Made by a program: the position numbers and the translations under genes | The notes under the pieces: generated by a model | What the model saw: the letters and a program-made list of their open reading frames with translations, nothing else | Told to the model about the DNA's origin: nothing | The model's database searches: none | Shown here: positions 52,175 to 63,936 of the stretch, piece after piece | How the letters are laid out: the number at the start of each line of letters is the position of its first letter | How positions within the stretch are numbered: position 1 is the first letter of the stretch | Assembly (NCBI GenBank): GCA_025201805.1 | Contig: MU619309.1 | Location: forward strand, 64,657 to 128,656 | DNA from: Parasitella parasitica NRRL 2501 | Lineage: Eukaryota; Fungi; Mucoromycota | DNA: 64,000 nucleotides | Direction: 5' to 3'

Positions 52175-53617
52175 ATGAAATCTGATAAGGAAAACAACTT
52201 TATTGGGTTAAAGTTGCTAAGTGTCTTCAGCATAGGGTGTATCGGCTCAGGCCAGATGTTTTTACCCATCTTTTACAAAAAGGTATTGGGCCTCGGCAAC
52301 GATAAAATCGGATTTATTTTCTCTATCAGTAAGTGTGGCAAACAGAGATGAGGGTAGTGTGATTCTGACATTCGGAAACTCAACAGCGCCTTTTGTATCA
52401 TTTGTCGCATTCCCATATTGGACATCGCTGGTGGATAGGACTGGAAAATACAAGGAAATTATGATCAGCAATATGCTGGTTGCATTAGTGGTATGTTTTC
52501 CCTCTCGAGCTTTCAGCAAAACGCAGGCACTCATTTGGTAATGATTTAGTGCATTTTATCCATTGGATGTGTGCCGTATCTGTCCGAAACAGAGTGGGTC
52601 CGAATCACACTGACGTCCATAGGATGCTTTGGCTATGCGTTTTTCGGCTATCCGGTCATTGCAGCCTTGGTGGATACGGTAATTCTTCGAGTGCTGGCAA
52701 ACCGCAGAGACCTGTACGGCCGTCAGAAGATTGGTGTTCCAATTGGGTTTGCTACCTCTGTGTTTCTGACTGGATTTCTGACAGAAAAATTAGATACTCT
52801 ATATGCTTTGTTTGCTGTTTATCTTGTTTATTGTTTAGGGTTTGTGGTTACAGCTGCAGTGATCGACTTGAACCCGCACTACGAACCTATTGAAAATCTA
52901 GACGATACGTATGGCTCCCTGTCGCCCACAACTGGTATAGATGATGTAGTCATCGAGGACGTAAATGATGGCATTCGTGTGACACCAGATCCGTCCATGT
53001 GGCATCTCCTCCAAGAGCCGGAAGCTGTTCAGTTTTTCGCATACATGACAGCAATGGGGTTTGCTATCGCTGTCGTGCAAGCATTTTTGTACCTGTTTAT
53101 GGAAAATGATCTGCATGCTCCTTCTTCCTTGGTAGGGTTGTTTGGCCCATTGGGAAGCATTACAGAGGTGATTGTGTTTTTCTTTTTCAAGCATGTCCTC
53201 GACAGAATGGGCTCACACCGTTTGCTGGTGTTTACGCAATGCATCATCATTTACCGATGTCTTACATACATGGTATGTACGCACATCAGCTGGGGCGCCT
53301 ACCTGGCTACCGTGACCCAGCTGTTACATGGTGTAGGGTTTGCAGTCGCCTGGAGTGCAGCTTCGTTGCAGGCAGATCAGATTGCGCCGGCCAATCTTAA
53401 GAGTAGAGCTCAGGGCCTGCTTAACATGGCCTTTAATGGATTGGGAAGTGGTCTAGGTGCGTTAGCCGGCGGCTTTATCTATGAGAATTGGGGAGCTACC
53501 GCCATGTGGGCTGTAGTCGCTGTATTGGCTCTCATCAGTATTGTACTATATACCTCTGATTTTGTATCAAGACATGTTTTTCTACCTATATCTAATTTTG
53601 TCAAGAAACACACGTAA
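52175..53617 (+). CDS. MFS transporter (MFSD6/MFS_1-like), 3 exons
   Basis: About 12 hydrophobic segments, LYGRQKIG, and QLLHGVGFAVAW...AQGLL..GLGSGLGALAGG. Confidence 0.85.
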
Positions 53618-53807
53618 TAAACTATTTCACAGCATGTTGACATTTCACACCTCATTGTCCAATCGAAACTCTATCATGTGTGTAACTCTTCCCCTTTCTC
53701 CCTTCAAAAAGAACATTAGTGTTAAAAGGCTTTTTACGGCTTCCTCTTGTTTTTTTTTGTTTTTTTTCTTTTAAATACACTTTTTTTTTTTTTTTCACTA
53801 GACTATC

Positions 53808-55216
53808 ATGGTAGCTAGCACATCCGCATCAGCTACCAGCACTACCTCACCTTCCACAACAACAGCGAGTACCGGCAGTGCATTTTCATTCTTGAAGTTA
53901 AAGTGGAGAGGCTCCAAAGATCCAAAATTAAACATAAGAGAGGCCCTACCGAACTCGGTTGATGATATTGAGAGGGATTGGGTTAGACATAGCGCTCTTA
54001 AGCTGGCTTTTGAGAGGTATTTTAAAGACGGTATCAATCATTTTGTATCGACACTAATCGGGATTCTCGATTTGTTGGCATTATACAGTGACTTTAAAGC
54101 TCCAATCCATCGTTTACTGCAAGCCGGTGGCAGTGAAGTACTAGACATTGGGTAACGTTGGATCAATATTTCTTTTCTGTATGTATTCTGATAATTTTAT
54201 ATTTATAAAACCACCAACCCCAACCCCAACCCCCCTCCCAGATGTGGTGCCGGGTTTTGGTCAAGCGTATGTATCTTGTCGATTACCGTTTTTTTTTTTT
54301 TCAGGGGTAACATTTGCTGATATGCTGTTTTCCTAGGATATGGCATCCCAGTATCCGATATCATATTTTACAGGCATTGATATCGATAAAAACGTGCTGC
54401 CCTCAAGGTAAGTTGTATACAGCATGTATTACGGCGTTCTCATCGACTGTGGCTGCGCAGCTCTTTGTCAAAGAACGTATTTTATCAGCGAATCGATCTG
54501 GTTGAACTTCCTTTACCGTACGAGGATGCAACTTTCGACTTTATATTTATACGTTCCATGATGGACACACTGCCTGATTCGATGTGGGATGATGTACTGA
54601 AGGAACTAGTACGGATTATGAAGAAAGGCGCCTACATCGAATGCGTCGAAGCCTATGACAATCTATTTGATGCGGGGCCTTGTATGAGCAGGCTAAATCA
54701 ATGCAAGTATATTTTAGCTCTGGTAACATGTGTGTCGTATACCACACAAACTAAAAAACGTCGCTATTAATAGTAATTCAGTCGAGTATAAAGCATCCAC
54801 CGCAGTCGCCCACTACCCCTACCTCTGCATACAACACTCTAAATAACACACCCCATACAGCCACAACTCTGTACAATCCATGGCCAAACAGAATTGCAAA
54901 TATGAGCCAATTAATAGGCATGCAGATAAATCACACACACACGCCAGTCGGCACATACGGAGACACTGTTGGATCGCTGCTATTAGAGTACTGGGAGAGA
55001 ATCATCAGCGGCTTCCGACGGGACTGGATTGCCAACAAGCTGATTGCAGAAGACGAGCTAGAGAAAACAGTAGCGACAATGAAGGGTGAAGTCAACGAAT
55101 ACAACACTTATATGTCTTGGTATTCTGTCGTAGCACAAAAAAAGGGTTACAAGGGACCCACTATTCAGTTTGACGATGTAGACGACTTTGATACTGTACG
55201 CACGCACATATTTTAA
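53808..55216 (+). CDS. SAM-dependent methyltransferase-like protein (LaeA/Methyltransf_25-like), 6 exons
   Basis: Spliced VLDIG|CGAGFWSS|DMASQYP..FTGIDI, then LPYEDATFDFIFIR and ELVRIMKKGAYIE. Confidence 0.85.
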
Positions 55217-55228
55217 TAAAATTTACAT

Positions 55229-56479
55229 CTAAAAACCACCAAGAGCATCGGCGCCAGAGTTGGCTGCGTCTGCTAAACCACGGGAGATGATCAGACGCTG
55301 GATCTGTGCTGTGCCTTCATAGATTTGGAAAATCTTTGCATCGCGCATCAATTTCTCCACGGGGTATTCTGTGTTGAAGCCGTTGCCGCCAAAGATCTGG
55401 ACGGCGTCTGCGGCGCACTTGTTGGCAACGTCACCGGCCAAAGCCTTGGCAATACTCGCATGCCATGTGTTTCTCTCGCCATTGTCGCGCATAAAGGCAG
55501 AGCGATATACCATCATGCGAGCGCTTTCAATGCCAATAGCCATATCTGCCAGCATGAAAGAGACTGCTTGGTGATTGAAAATAGGCTTTCCCATTGTTTT
55601 GCGCTCCAGCGAGTACTTTGTAGCCTCTTCCATTGCACGGCGAGCCAAGCCGACAGCACCAGAAGCGACCAGAGGACGAGTGATGTCGAACGCATTCATG
55701 GCAATCTTGAAGCCTTGGCCTTCAGAGCCCAATACGTTTTCGGCAGGAACCACAACGTCCTCAAATGTAACGCCGCGAGTGTCTGAGGCACGTTGTCCCA
55801 TGTTGATTTCCTTTCGCCCCACAGTGATACCAGGCGTGTCAGCATCGACAATAAACCCAGTAAAGGCTTTGCCGGTGTTGGCGTTGGCGTCAGTGCGAGC
55901 AAGCACAAAAAACCAGTTGGCGTGCCCTGAATTTGTGATCCACATCTTTTGGCCGTTCAACACCCAACTTCCGTCTGCCTTCTTGGCAGCAGAGGTCTTT
56001 AATCCAGCGACATCCGAACCGGCCCCCGGCTCCGTAACGCCGTAAGAAGCAATCAAAGGGGCTTCAGTCATGCGTCCCAAGTACTTTTTCTTTTGGAAAT
56101 CGTTACCGGCGACGATAAGTGGAGCCTCAGCAAGGTTGTTGGCTTCGATGGCAGTTTGGATCCCACTGCAGCCAAAAGCCAGCTCTTCGGATATGATGGC
56201 GCTGTCCAGGACACTCAAATCCATGCCGCCATACTTTGCTTCGATGTGGGTGTTGACCAGGCCGAGCTCCCAAGCCTTTCTGATGATTTCAGTGGGGTAC
56301 TTGCCGGTAACGTCGTGTTCAGCCGCGACAGGGATGATCTCTTCACGTGTAAACTTGCGAGCCATCTGCTGGATTGACTTTTGCTCTTCAGTCAGTGAGA
56401 AGCCCATGCCCAAGGGCGCAGCTTGGGATGAGTAATAGCGTGTGTAAGGACGGGCTAATCTTTGAAAAGATCGTAGCAT
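55229..56479 (-). CDS. Mitochondrial medium-chain acyl-CoA dehydrogenase, intronless
   Basis: Presequence [10 protein letters not shown]; [23 protein letters not shown] and [35 protein letters not shown]. Confidence 0.95.
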   Translation of the reverse strand: MLRSFQRLARPYTRYYSSQAAPLGMGFSLTEEQKSIQQMARKFTREEIIPVAAEHDVTGKYPTEIIRKAWELGLVNTHIEAKYGGMDLSVLDSAIISEELAFGCSGIQTAIEANNLAEAPLIVAGNDFQKKKYLGRMTEAPLIASYGVTEPGAGSDVAGLKTSAAKKADGSWVLNGQKMWITNSGHANWFFVLARTDANANTGKAFTGFIVDADTPGITVGRKEINMGQRASDTRGVTFEDVVVPAENVLGSEGQGFKIAMNAFDITRPLVASGAVGLARRAMEEATKYSLERKTMGKPIFNHQAVSFMLADMAIGIESARMMVYRSAFMRDNGERNTWHASIAKALAGDVANKCAADAVQIFGGNGFNTEYPVEKLMRDAKIFQIYEGTAQIQRLIISRGLADAANSGADALGGF

Positions 56480-57298
56480 TGTGTTTGTGGTGGAAGGGGA
56501 GAAGAAATAAGAAAGAGGGGGAGAAATGACCAAAAGCCAGACCTCACCATGCCTATTATATAGGTAGCGCCCCCCAATTTCCATGTGAAAATTGCACTGC
56601 ATGTGAACATGAGCGATCGTATTTCTTTATAAATGATGCAACATGGCCAAACTGTGGTACACCCAAGCGGCATGTGGGATATATTCATGATTTGTGTGTT
56701 TCAGCGCATTTTTACCCAAGCCAAGGCATCTCTACACATTGTACGGTATATGGCTTGAATGAAATGAATGTGCAAACACCGTAATGCGCCATTTTCAATT
56801 CGTCCAACAGACAAGACTTACACTGAGTTGCACTGCTTAAATTGATAGGCAAACGTTATTCATGCCTTGTGAAATAATCTCGAATCTATAAAGCAGCAAC
56901 TACGGCGATTACGGCGGCAAATTGAACCTTCAAATGTTGGCCTATTTCATCAATATTAAATAGACAGAATACAAAAGCAACATACATATATATTATATGG
57001 GGTGTAAATACAAATGTCCTTGGATGCGTCTACTATCCTCAGCAGCTATTTGGCACTGCTCGATAGACATTGCAACACACATTAGTAGTTTTGCCCTGTA
57101 CGCCAAGTGCTAAACTAGGACGTAATGAGAGCTACCGAGAGCCATTATGAAAACAGACTGAACCAAGCACAACAACCTTGCTTCATGCTGTAAACAGTGG
57201 TGTTGTTAATACGGTGACTGTTTTGAAATGCATATATCGGCTGCTTCCACTTTTGCGATTCAACCATGAAAATTTTTCCCCATACAAACATAACCGAT

Positions 57299-60293
57299 AT
57301 GAGCTCTGTCAACGAAAATACGCCCTCCACAAGCTCATCCAACACCAATAGCGAAAGACCTGATAATACGAACGAGACATCAACGCCTTCCCCATCCTCA
57401 TCGGCACCAAATAATGCAGCATTGGATGTCCATGCACTGAAAGAAAGAATTATAGCAACCAACAAGCTTTTCAAATACCTGCAGGATGCAAAGAAAGGCA
57501 AGTCTTTGGCCAAGTTCTTTCTAGATGCGTACTAACCGCACCTTCAACCATAGAACTGTCTACGCGCGAAGCCCAAATTAGCACATTAAAAGCAAACTTG
57601 GGCCTATCAGTCAAGAATTCCCAAGAATCAGATGAGAAATACAACAAAGTAGCAGACCAAGTCAAAGTATTAGAGGATCAACTAAAGGCAAAGTCGTTTC
57701 AAATAGATTCTTTAAAAAACGACCTGAGAAAGCAAGCTGACCTGGCAAAGCGGATGGGGTCCAATGCTGCAGAATTCAGAACCGCAAAGGATCAAGTAGC
57801 AAAGTTAAAGGAAGAGAACCAAAAGTTGACAGAAACCATATCAAAGTTGCAGGCTGAGAAAGACCAGATGGACGAGGAGGCCATGGAAACTAGCATCAAC
57901 CATAATTTGACGATCGAATCACTTCGCGAGGAAATCACAGATCTGCAATCGTCCTTAACGACCGACGATTCAGAATTAGTCTCTTTGCGGCTCCAATTGT
58001 CGGCTGAAAAGAGCAAGGCATCTAAAGCCGCTTTACATATCAAATCACTCGAGCAGAGCTTACAACAGTCTAATGAACAAATCAAAGAGTTGAATGTCCA
58101 GCTACTTGAGAAAGAGCCCCAGCAAGCACCAACATCTGCCACCAATGACAACATGGATAATATAAAACGAATGCATGCGGAGCAAGTGAATAGTCTGAAG
58201 CAACAGATTTCACAATTGGATTCAAAGCTGGAAAGAAAGGCAGCATTACCACCAACAACACAATCAGCAGCAAATCCAACTCTGCTCAAGAAATACCACC
58301 AACTTAAAGGAAAATACCAATTGATGAAAAAGACAAATGTATTTTTGAATCAAGAGCTGCAATCTGCACTATCCAATGCCTCAGAAGACCGAGGGCTTAC
58401 ATCCGACAGTGATCCTGATAGCGCGAGCCATGAGTCTAGCGACGATGCGAATATACCAACACTTGTTGATTTGGAAACCTCACTTCCAGAATCAGCCAAA
58501 ATTCCAACCGCAAATCAGCACAGCTCTACTCTTCCCCGCCCAAAATCTGCTAATGCCAGCAAAGCGCCTCCTGTTTCCCTTGTTCAACACAGAAATCCGT
58601 CCAGAGATCCCCGCCTTGCTCATCAGCCAAATCAACATCAAGAAACAGAGGAACTCGGTCTCCAACAAAAGTCAGGTCTCATTGCTCCACCGCCACAAGG
58701 AACTGCCACAAAGTTACCCAAAAAGCGAAAGAGCTTGCTACTCAAGTTTGTGAATGCCAAAAATCCTTCCAAAGTGCTCGAGAGAGCCAAAGCCCCCACC
58801 GCCTCCAATACAACCGCACTTGCTCTTTCAAAAAAACGCTCGCATAGCTCAATACAAAACGACGATCAGGCCACAGAAAGCGCTTCTAATCAAGTCGACA
58901 GTGCCCCTGCCAATGCTGCTGCTGCTACCACCAGTACCACCGCTAGTACTGCTAGTAGTAGTGCCACTGACGTTCCATCGAAAAGGATTAGAGCAGACTA
59001 CCATTGGAATCATGTTATTGAAGGCATATTCAACAAGAGTCACGGGAAAGTGTTGCCCACAAGGGTAGAGTGCAAAGAAATCACTCTTCATTTGCTGGAT
59101 GAAATCCAAGATTGCTACTCTAGAATCAAGTCTGCTGCTGTGCTTACCGATTCCAGCCTCGTTCCGTTTGGTGCTTCTGACTTGGAACTGCCTAAATCGA
59201 TGGATCATCGTGAAAAAGTGTATGCTTGGTTCCTGGTGTCGTTGTTGAAAGTCGATGTAAGTTGACCAGAATGTGGGAAACAGGGTCGGTTTTTTTGCTC
59301 AGTAGCATTCATAATAGCGACAAGAGTTCAATTCAGTCATGTTCAAGTTGGCGGAAAGTACCAAGAATTGCCCAGTGTCCAAGGCTCCAATAAATAACAA
59401 ACTTGTGTAAGTGTTTTGGTAGTTTTCAAACATCTATCAATCTAACCGTTTTTCTCGATTCCAGCCGTCTGATCAGGTTATTCGCTATAGTTTGTAAGGC
59501 TGAAGACTCGCTTGGCCGGCTTTGTACCCTGGTTTATACATTGCTCAGGATTCCAGCCTTCCAATCAAGTCTCATTCCATCTCTGCTGAACGTAGGCTTT
59601 GTCTGGAAAGAAAGCTTTGCTTTTGTGAGCGCTGATCCTCATTTCGACTCCTTGCACAATACTTTTGTCTCTTGTATCCACCTTGTAAGTTGCCGATCAA
59701 GCTCTACAAAGAATGTAAGTAATCTAGCTTGTGTTTTTTTTTTTTTTTTTGCGATTCCTCGTATTCATGCCCTATTGCCTTAGCTAAAGCAGATGGAAGC
59801 ACAATTGTCAACGCTCTTTAACTGGCCGCCGCCAAAACTCGTTTTAGATTGCATAGAAGACTCGATGAAGATTCTCCAAAGCACCTACTTTAAAGAGCTG
59901 CACGCAAACGACAGGAGCAAATTTGATTTATTGTCGTTCAATTTGATCACGTCCTTTGAATTGGCTCTTGTCGTTTTGGATGACTGGAAACAGACGTATG
60001 ATATATTTATCAGACAAAGGCTGTGGCCATTGTTGAGCATGGAGGTTATTGACGTGGTAGCCATGGAGCTGCTCGGAAAGCTCGCAAGACTAGGCATCTC
60101 TGACGACCCCTTGAAGGCAGACAAGCCTGGAGTTGTAACTCTGCTCGATACTTTTTCGACAATCATTGATTTGGGCAAGGATATCGATCCCAGCGAGAAG
60201 CATTTACAATTTGCCGCTGCAAGGTCCATGGTCGCTGTGGCTGGAAACCATCATCATTACAAAAAGTTTTTGGCTAATGTGCATGGTATTTGA
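57299..60293 (+). CDS. Coiled-coil + low-complexity + helical C-terminal protein, ICE1 (little elongation complex subunit 1)-like; 5 exons, first intron GC-AG
   Basis: Introns 57498-57553, 59257-59317, 59407-59464 and 59714-59783 give one frame. N- and C-terminal motifs resemble metazoan ICE1 (from memory). The gene model is solid; the identity is inferred. Confidence 0.6.
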
Positions 60294-60789
60294 AATAATG
60301 GAATTACATCATCTTGAGATTTTTGGTTTNNNNNNNNNNNNNNNNNNNNNNNNNNNNNNNNNNNAAAAAAAAAGCCTCTGATATCTAATGAAATAAGCAA
60401 CGAAATCTCTTTTATATACCGTACAAATTTTTGCTGGCCATGCCATATCGATGACTCCCGCCTTTATCAATATGTCAAAATGTGGATGGGCCGAGGACAA
60501 TCGAGAATCGTGTAGCTTTCCCCCTATGACAGACTATTCCTATGTATCCCAATGTCTCGGTTGATGATTTATAAATAAATAAAAATAAAAAAGGATTGTA
60601 TCATTGTGGAGCTATAACCAATATTTGTCGGCACTGCTGTATTGACTCTTTGTCATTAAAAGTCTTTGAAAGATTTATTCAAAAAAAAAAAAAGAAAAAA
60701 AAAAATATATAATATATTAGCTGCGAGGTTTTTTTTTTCTTTTTTTTTTGGTTGATTAAACCATTTCTTTTTGTCTTTCAACACTTAAT

Positions 60790-62175
60790 ATGTCGCGCCA
60801 TAGAGCCGTTAGAAATCTTAACATTGACGGTGAATTTCCGAGCTAAAAGTAGGCGTAGAAAGGCAGCTAATCTCTGTTGTAAAATAGATATTCTTGACGA
60901 AAATGAGTATGGAGAGTACGATGAAGATCAAAGTAAATTGCGGCACAACTGTAAAAGGATGAGATACTGACTACCGTTGCTCTAGTCGATGAAACCGAAA
61001 TGTCAACTGAAGATTTAGATAAATTAGACGAAGGATTGGCCTACGTTTATAGTGTTATTGGAGACGACACCATCTTGACTTCGAGAGAAATCAAGGAAGC
61101 TTTGTGGTATTACTATTTTGACAGAGAAGAGACAGTGAATTGGGCACTCGGTAATGCATACTGATTGGGGGACTTTCGAAATTTGATCATTAATAAGCCT
61201 GTATGCAGAGCATATTGCCAAAGAAAAGGCATTGGAGGAGAAGAAAAAGGCTAAAGAAGAAGCCAAGAAAGGTGGGTTCATTAACCAGCATTTTCCAGAG
61301 AGAGAGAGAGAGAGAGGAGAATATAAATACGCACAAGGAAAAAAAAATTTCTTTCCTTTTCTTTCCATTGATCAACACTCCAAAGGTAAGCAGACGTCCT
61401 TGATAAAACGAGTTTGCAATGCTAATTTTCATGCCAAGGATTATTATGGCCGATAATAGTGGCAATAAACAGGCAATGCCTACTCTCTCTAGTCTGTCCA
61501 GCGCGCGTCAGTCAGCATCCTCGACCAACAGTTTAACTCAACTACGACAGAAAATACAGAAACCTACCGCTCCACTTGTTTCTTCGTCTAATGAAACAAA
61601 AAAGCCGCTTTCGTCCTTGCAAACATTAGCACAAAGATCCAATACCAACGCTCGACCCACCCCTTCCCTTGCTTCTCTTGCTGTGAACTCCTCCACAGTA
61701 AAAACATCAAACAGCTTGGCCCATTTGGCCTCCCGTCAAGCAGCTCCCAAACCCACTCCCAGCGCTGCAGGAGGAGGAGGAGGAAGAGGAGGAGGCTCTC
61801 TAACTGATCTTGCATTGAGTAAACAATTATCAAAGCCAACATTGATCCAACCTTCCTGTTTGCCTGCAAAAACCCCTCCAGCTGGACCAAACGCTGATAG
61901 CCCAACTCTAGAGGAATCAGCATCATCGTCGGATGAGGAAGAAGGGCCAGAAGCAATGTACGAAAACCCATTATGCGCAAAACCGTCAGCAGCAGCGCAA
62001 TTCCTGTTCAAGCCTCAACGATTATTACAGTTTGATCCACAGGCAGTATTTCAACAAGCCCGCAATAAGCCCACGTCAATCCACGTATTTGAGTTTAATC
62101 AACCTAGTCCTGATGACATTGTCATTGCTGCCCAAAGCGAACGTAGCGGAAAGCGATCATAATCCTTTATTACCG

Positions 62176-62225
<50 letters not shown>

Positions 62226-63936
62226 ACCAAATAAAACTAACAAAAAAACATTCGCATTTTTAATAGCTGCCGCAGAAAAGAAAGCCGCTGCCACCGCCGC
62301 TTCAGCTAAAGCCAAAGCTAAAGCTGTCAAAGCTCCCAAGGAAGAGGCTGTTGAATTCCTTTCTGATCAAGAAGATATCAGTCAAGAAATGGATGCCATG
62401 GGGCTCGGTAGCAAGACAGCGGCAACCAAGTCTGTTGCAGCAACTGAGCCGTTTGTCAAAGTGCCTGCGTCCAAGCGAGTAAACGTAGCAGAAGAGTACC
62501 AGAAGCGATCTGGCGAGAAGCCCAAGTTAAATCTAGTTGTAATCGGACATGTAGATGCGGGTAAATCGACACTGATGGGGCATTTCTTGTACGACTTGGG
62601 CCAGGTAAACGAACGCACCATGCGCAAATTTGAACGGGAATCGCAAAAAATTGGAAAAGGGTCGTTTGCGTATGCCTGGGTTCTGGACGAAACAGGCGAA
62701 GAACGAGATCGTGGCATTACTATGGACATTGCTACCAACCATTTCGAGACTGAACACCGTCAATTTACATTGCTGGATGCACCTGGCCACCGTGATTTCA
62801 TCCCTAATATGATATCTGGCACTGCACAAGCCGACGCTGCTATTTTAGTTGTAGATGCCTCGACAAACGCTTTTGAGGCTGGCTTTGATGCTGGAGGGCA
62901 GACCAAGGAGCACGCGGTCTTGGCTAGAAGTTTGGGTGTGCAGCAATTGATTGTGGCCATCAACAAGCTGGATATGACAGACTGGTCTCAAGAGCGCTTC
63001 AAGGAGATTGAAGCCAAGCTTGGAGCCTATCTTTATCAAGTTGGGTTCAGGAAATCCAAGGTGGTATTCGTACCTGTGTCTGGGCTGACTGGTGAGAATC
63101 TGGTCAAAAGGAGCCAGATTTCTCAGTTGACAAGCTGGTATAATGGACCTTCGCTGATGGAGCAAATCGATAAATTCGACGCTCCTGTGCGTCTGTTGGA
63201 CAAGCCCTTGCGAATGCGTGTTACTGATTTCTTTAAAGGTGGCATTGGGAGCAGCGGTGGCGTCTCTGTTTCAGGAAACATTGAATCTGGCACTCTTCAA
63301 ATAGGCGAACAGATTATGATTGTGCCTGGCAATGAAGTGGGCTTTGTTAAAAGTAAGTAGACTATGCCGTAGCAATGTAAGGAGGCATGTATTCATTATT
63401 TTGCTTAGCCATGCAAGTCAATGAAGAACCAGCTACCTGGGCTGCTGCAGGCGATTCCGTACTGATGACATTAGTCAATTTGGATATCATGAATCTAAGG
63501 TAAAAAAAAAAAAATCTTCGAGTGGCGAACTTTTGTTCTTGACAGATTCATCCATAGCAATGGATGTGTGCTATGTACAGGTGCAAAGCCTGTTCCGGTG
63601 ACAACGACATTTGAAGCGCAAATTGTAGTATTTGATATTCGTATTCCCATCACGCCTGGGTACCCTATTGTTCTTCACCATGGCAGTTTGGATGAACCAG
63701 CATCGGTTATGAAGCTCGTAGAAATTATAGACAAAGCAACTGGACAAGTGACAAAGAGGAATCCTCGATGCCTGACAAAGGGAATGACAGCAAAGATCCA
63801 GATCAAACTAGCCCAGCGTCCTATTCCGCTAGAAACGTTCAAGGACAATAAGCATTTGGGCCGAATCATGCTGCGTAAAGACGGCGAAACGGTTGCTGCT
63901 GGTGTTGTGAATGAAATTCTAACGTTTGGTTCCTGA
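60790..63936 (+). CDS. HBS1: Hbs1 translational GTPase, 7 exons; long intron 61272-62266
   Basis: [10 protein letters not shown] start, HBS1_N ([12 protein letters not shown]), [44 protein letters not shown] and NKLD. Confidence 0.95.
61297..61316 (+). repeat. (AG)10 microsatellite near the 5' end of the long HBS1 intron
   Basis: Seen directly in the sequence. Confidence 0.95.
61446..62162 (+). CDS. SKI7/HBS1Lv3-like exosome adaptor ORF (238 aa) nested in an HBS1 intron
   Basis: Motifs [12 protein letters not shown] and [16 protein letters not shown], preceded by repeated LxxLA helices in a disordered S/P-rich region. Confidence 0.85.
   Translation: MADNSGNKQAMPTLSSLSSARQSASSTNSLTQLRQKIQKPTAPLVSSSNETKKPLSSLQTLAQRSNTNARPTPSLASLAVNSSTVKTSNSLAHLASRQAAPKPTPSAAGGGGGRGGGSLTDLALSKQLSKPTLIQPSCLPAKTPPAGPNADSPTLEESASSSDEEEGPEAMYENPLCAKPSAAAQFLFKPQRLLQFDPQAVFQQARNKPTSIHVFEFNQPSPDDIVIAAQSERSGKRS
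62181..62220 (+). repeat. (CT)20 microsatellite just upstream of the branch point of the long HBS1 intron
   Basis: Seen directly in the sequence. Confidence 0.95.

Noticed and set aside
61381-61391. CAAAG|GTAAGC as a recursive splice site in the HBS1 intron
   Set aside because: It is possible (ATTGAT lies upstream), but it is better explained as the donor of a 5' UTR exon after the internal TATA. Not separately supportable.
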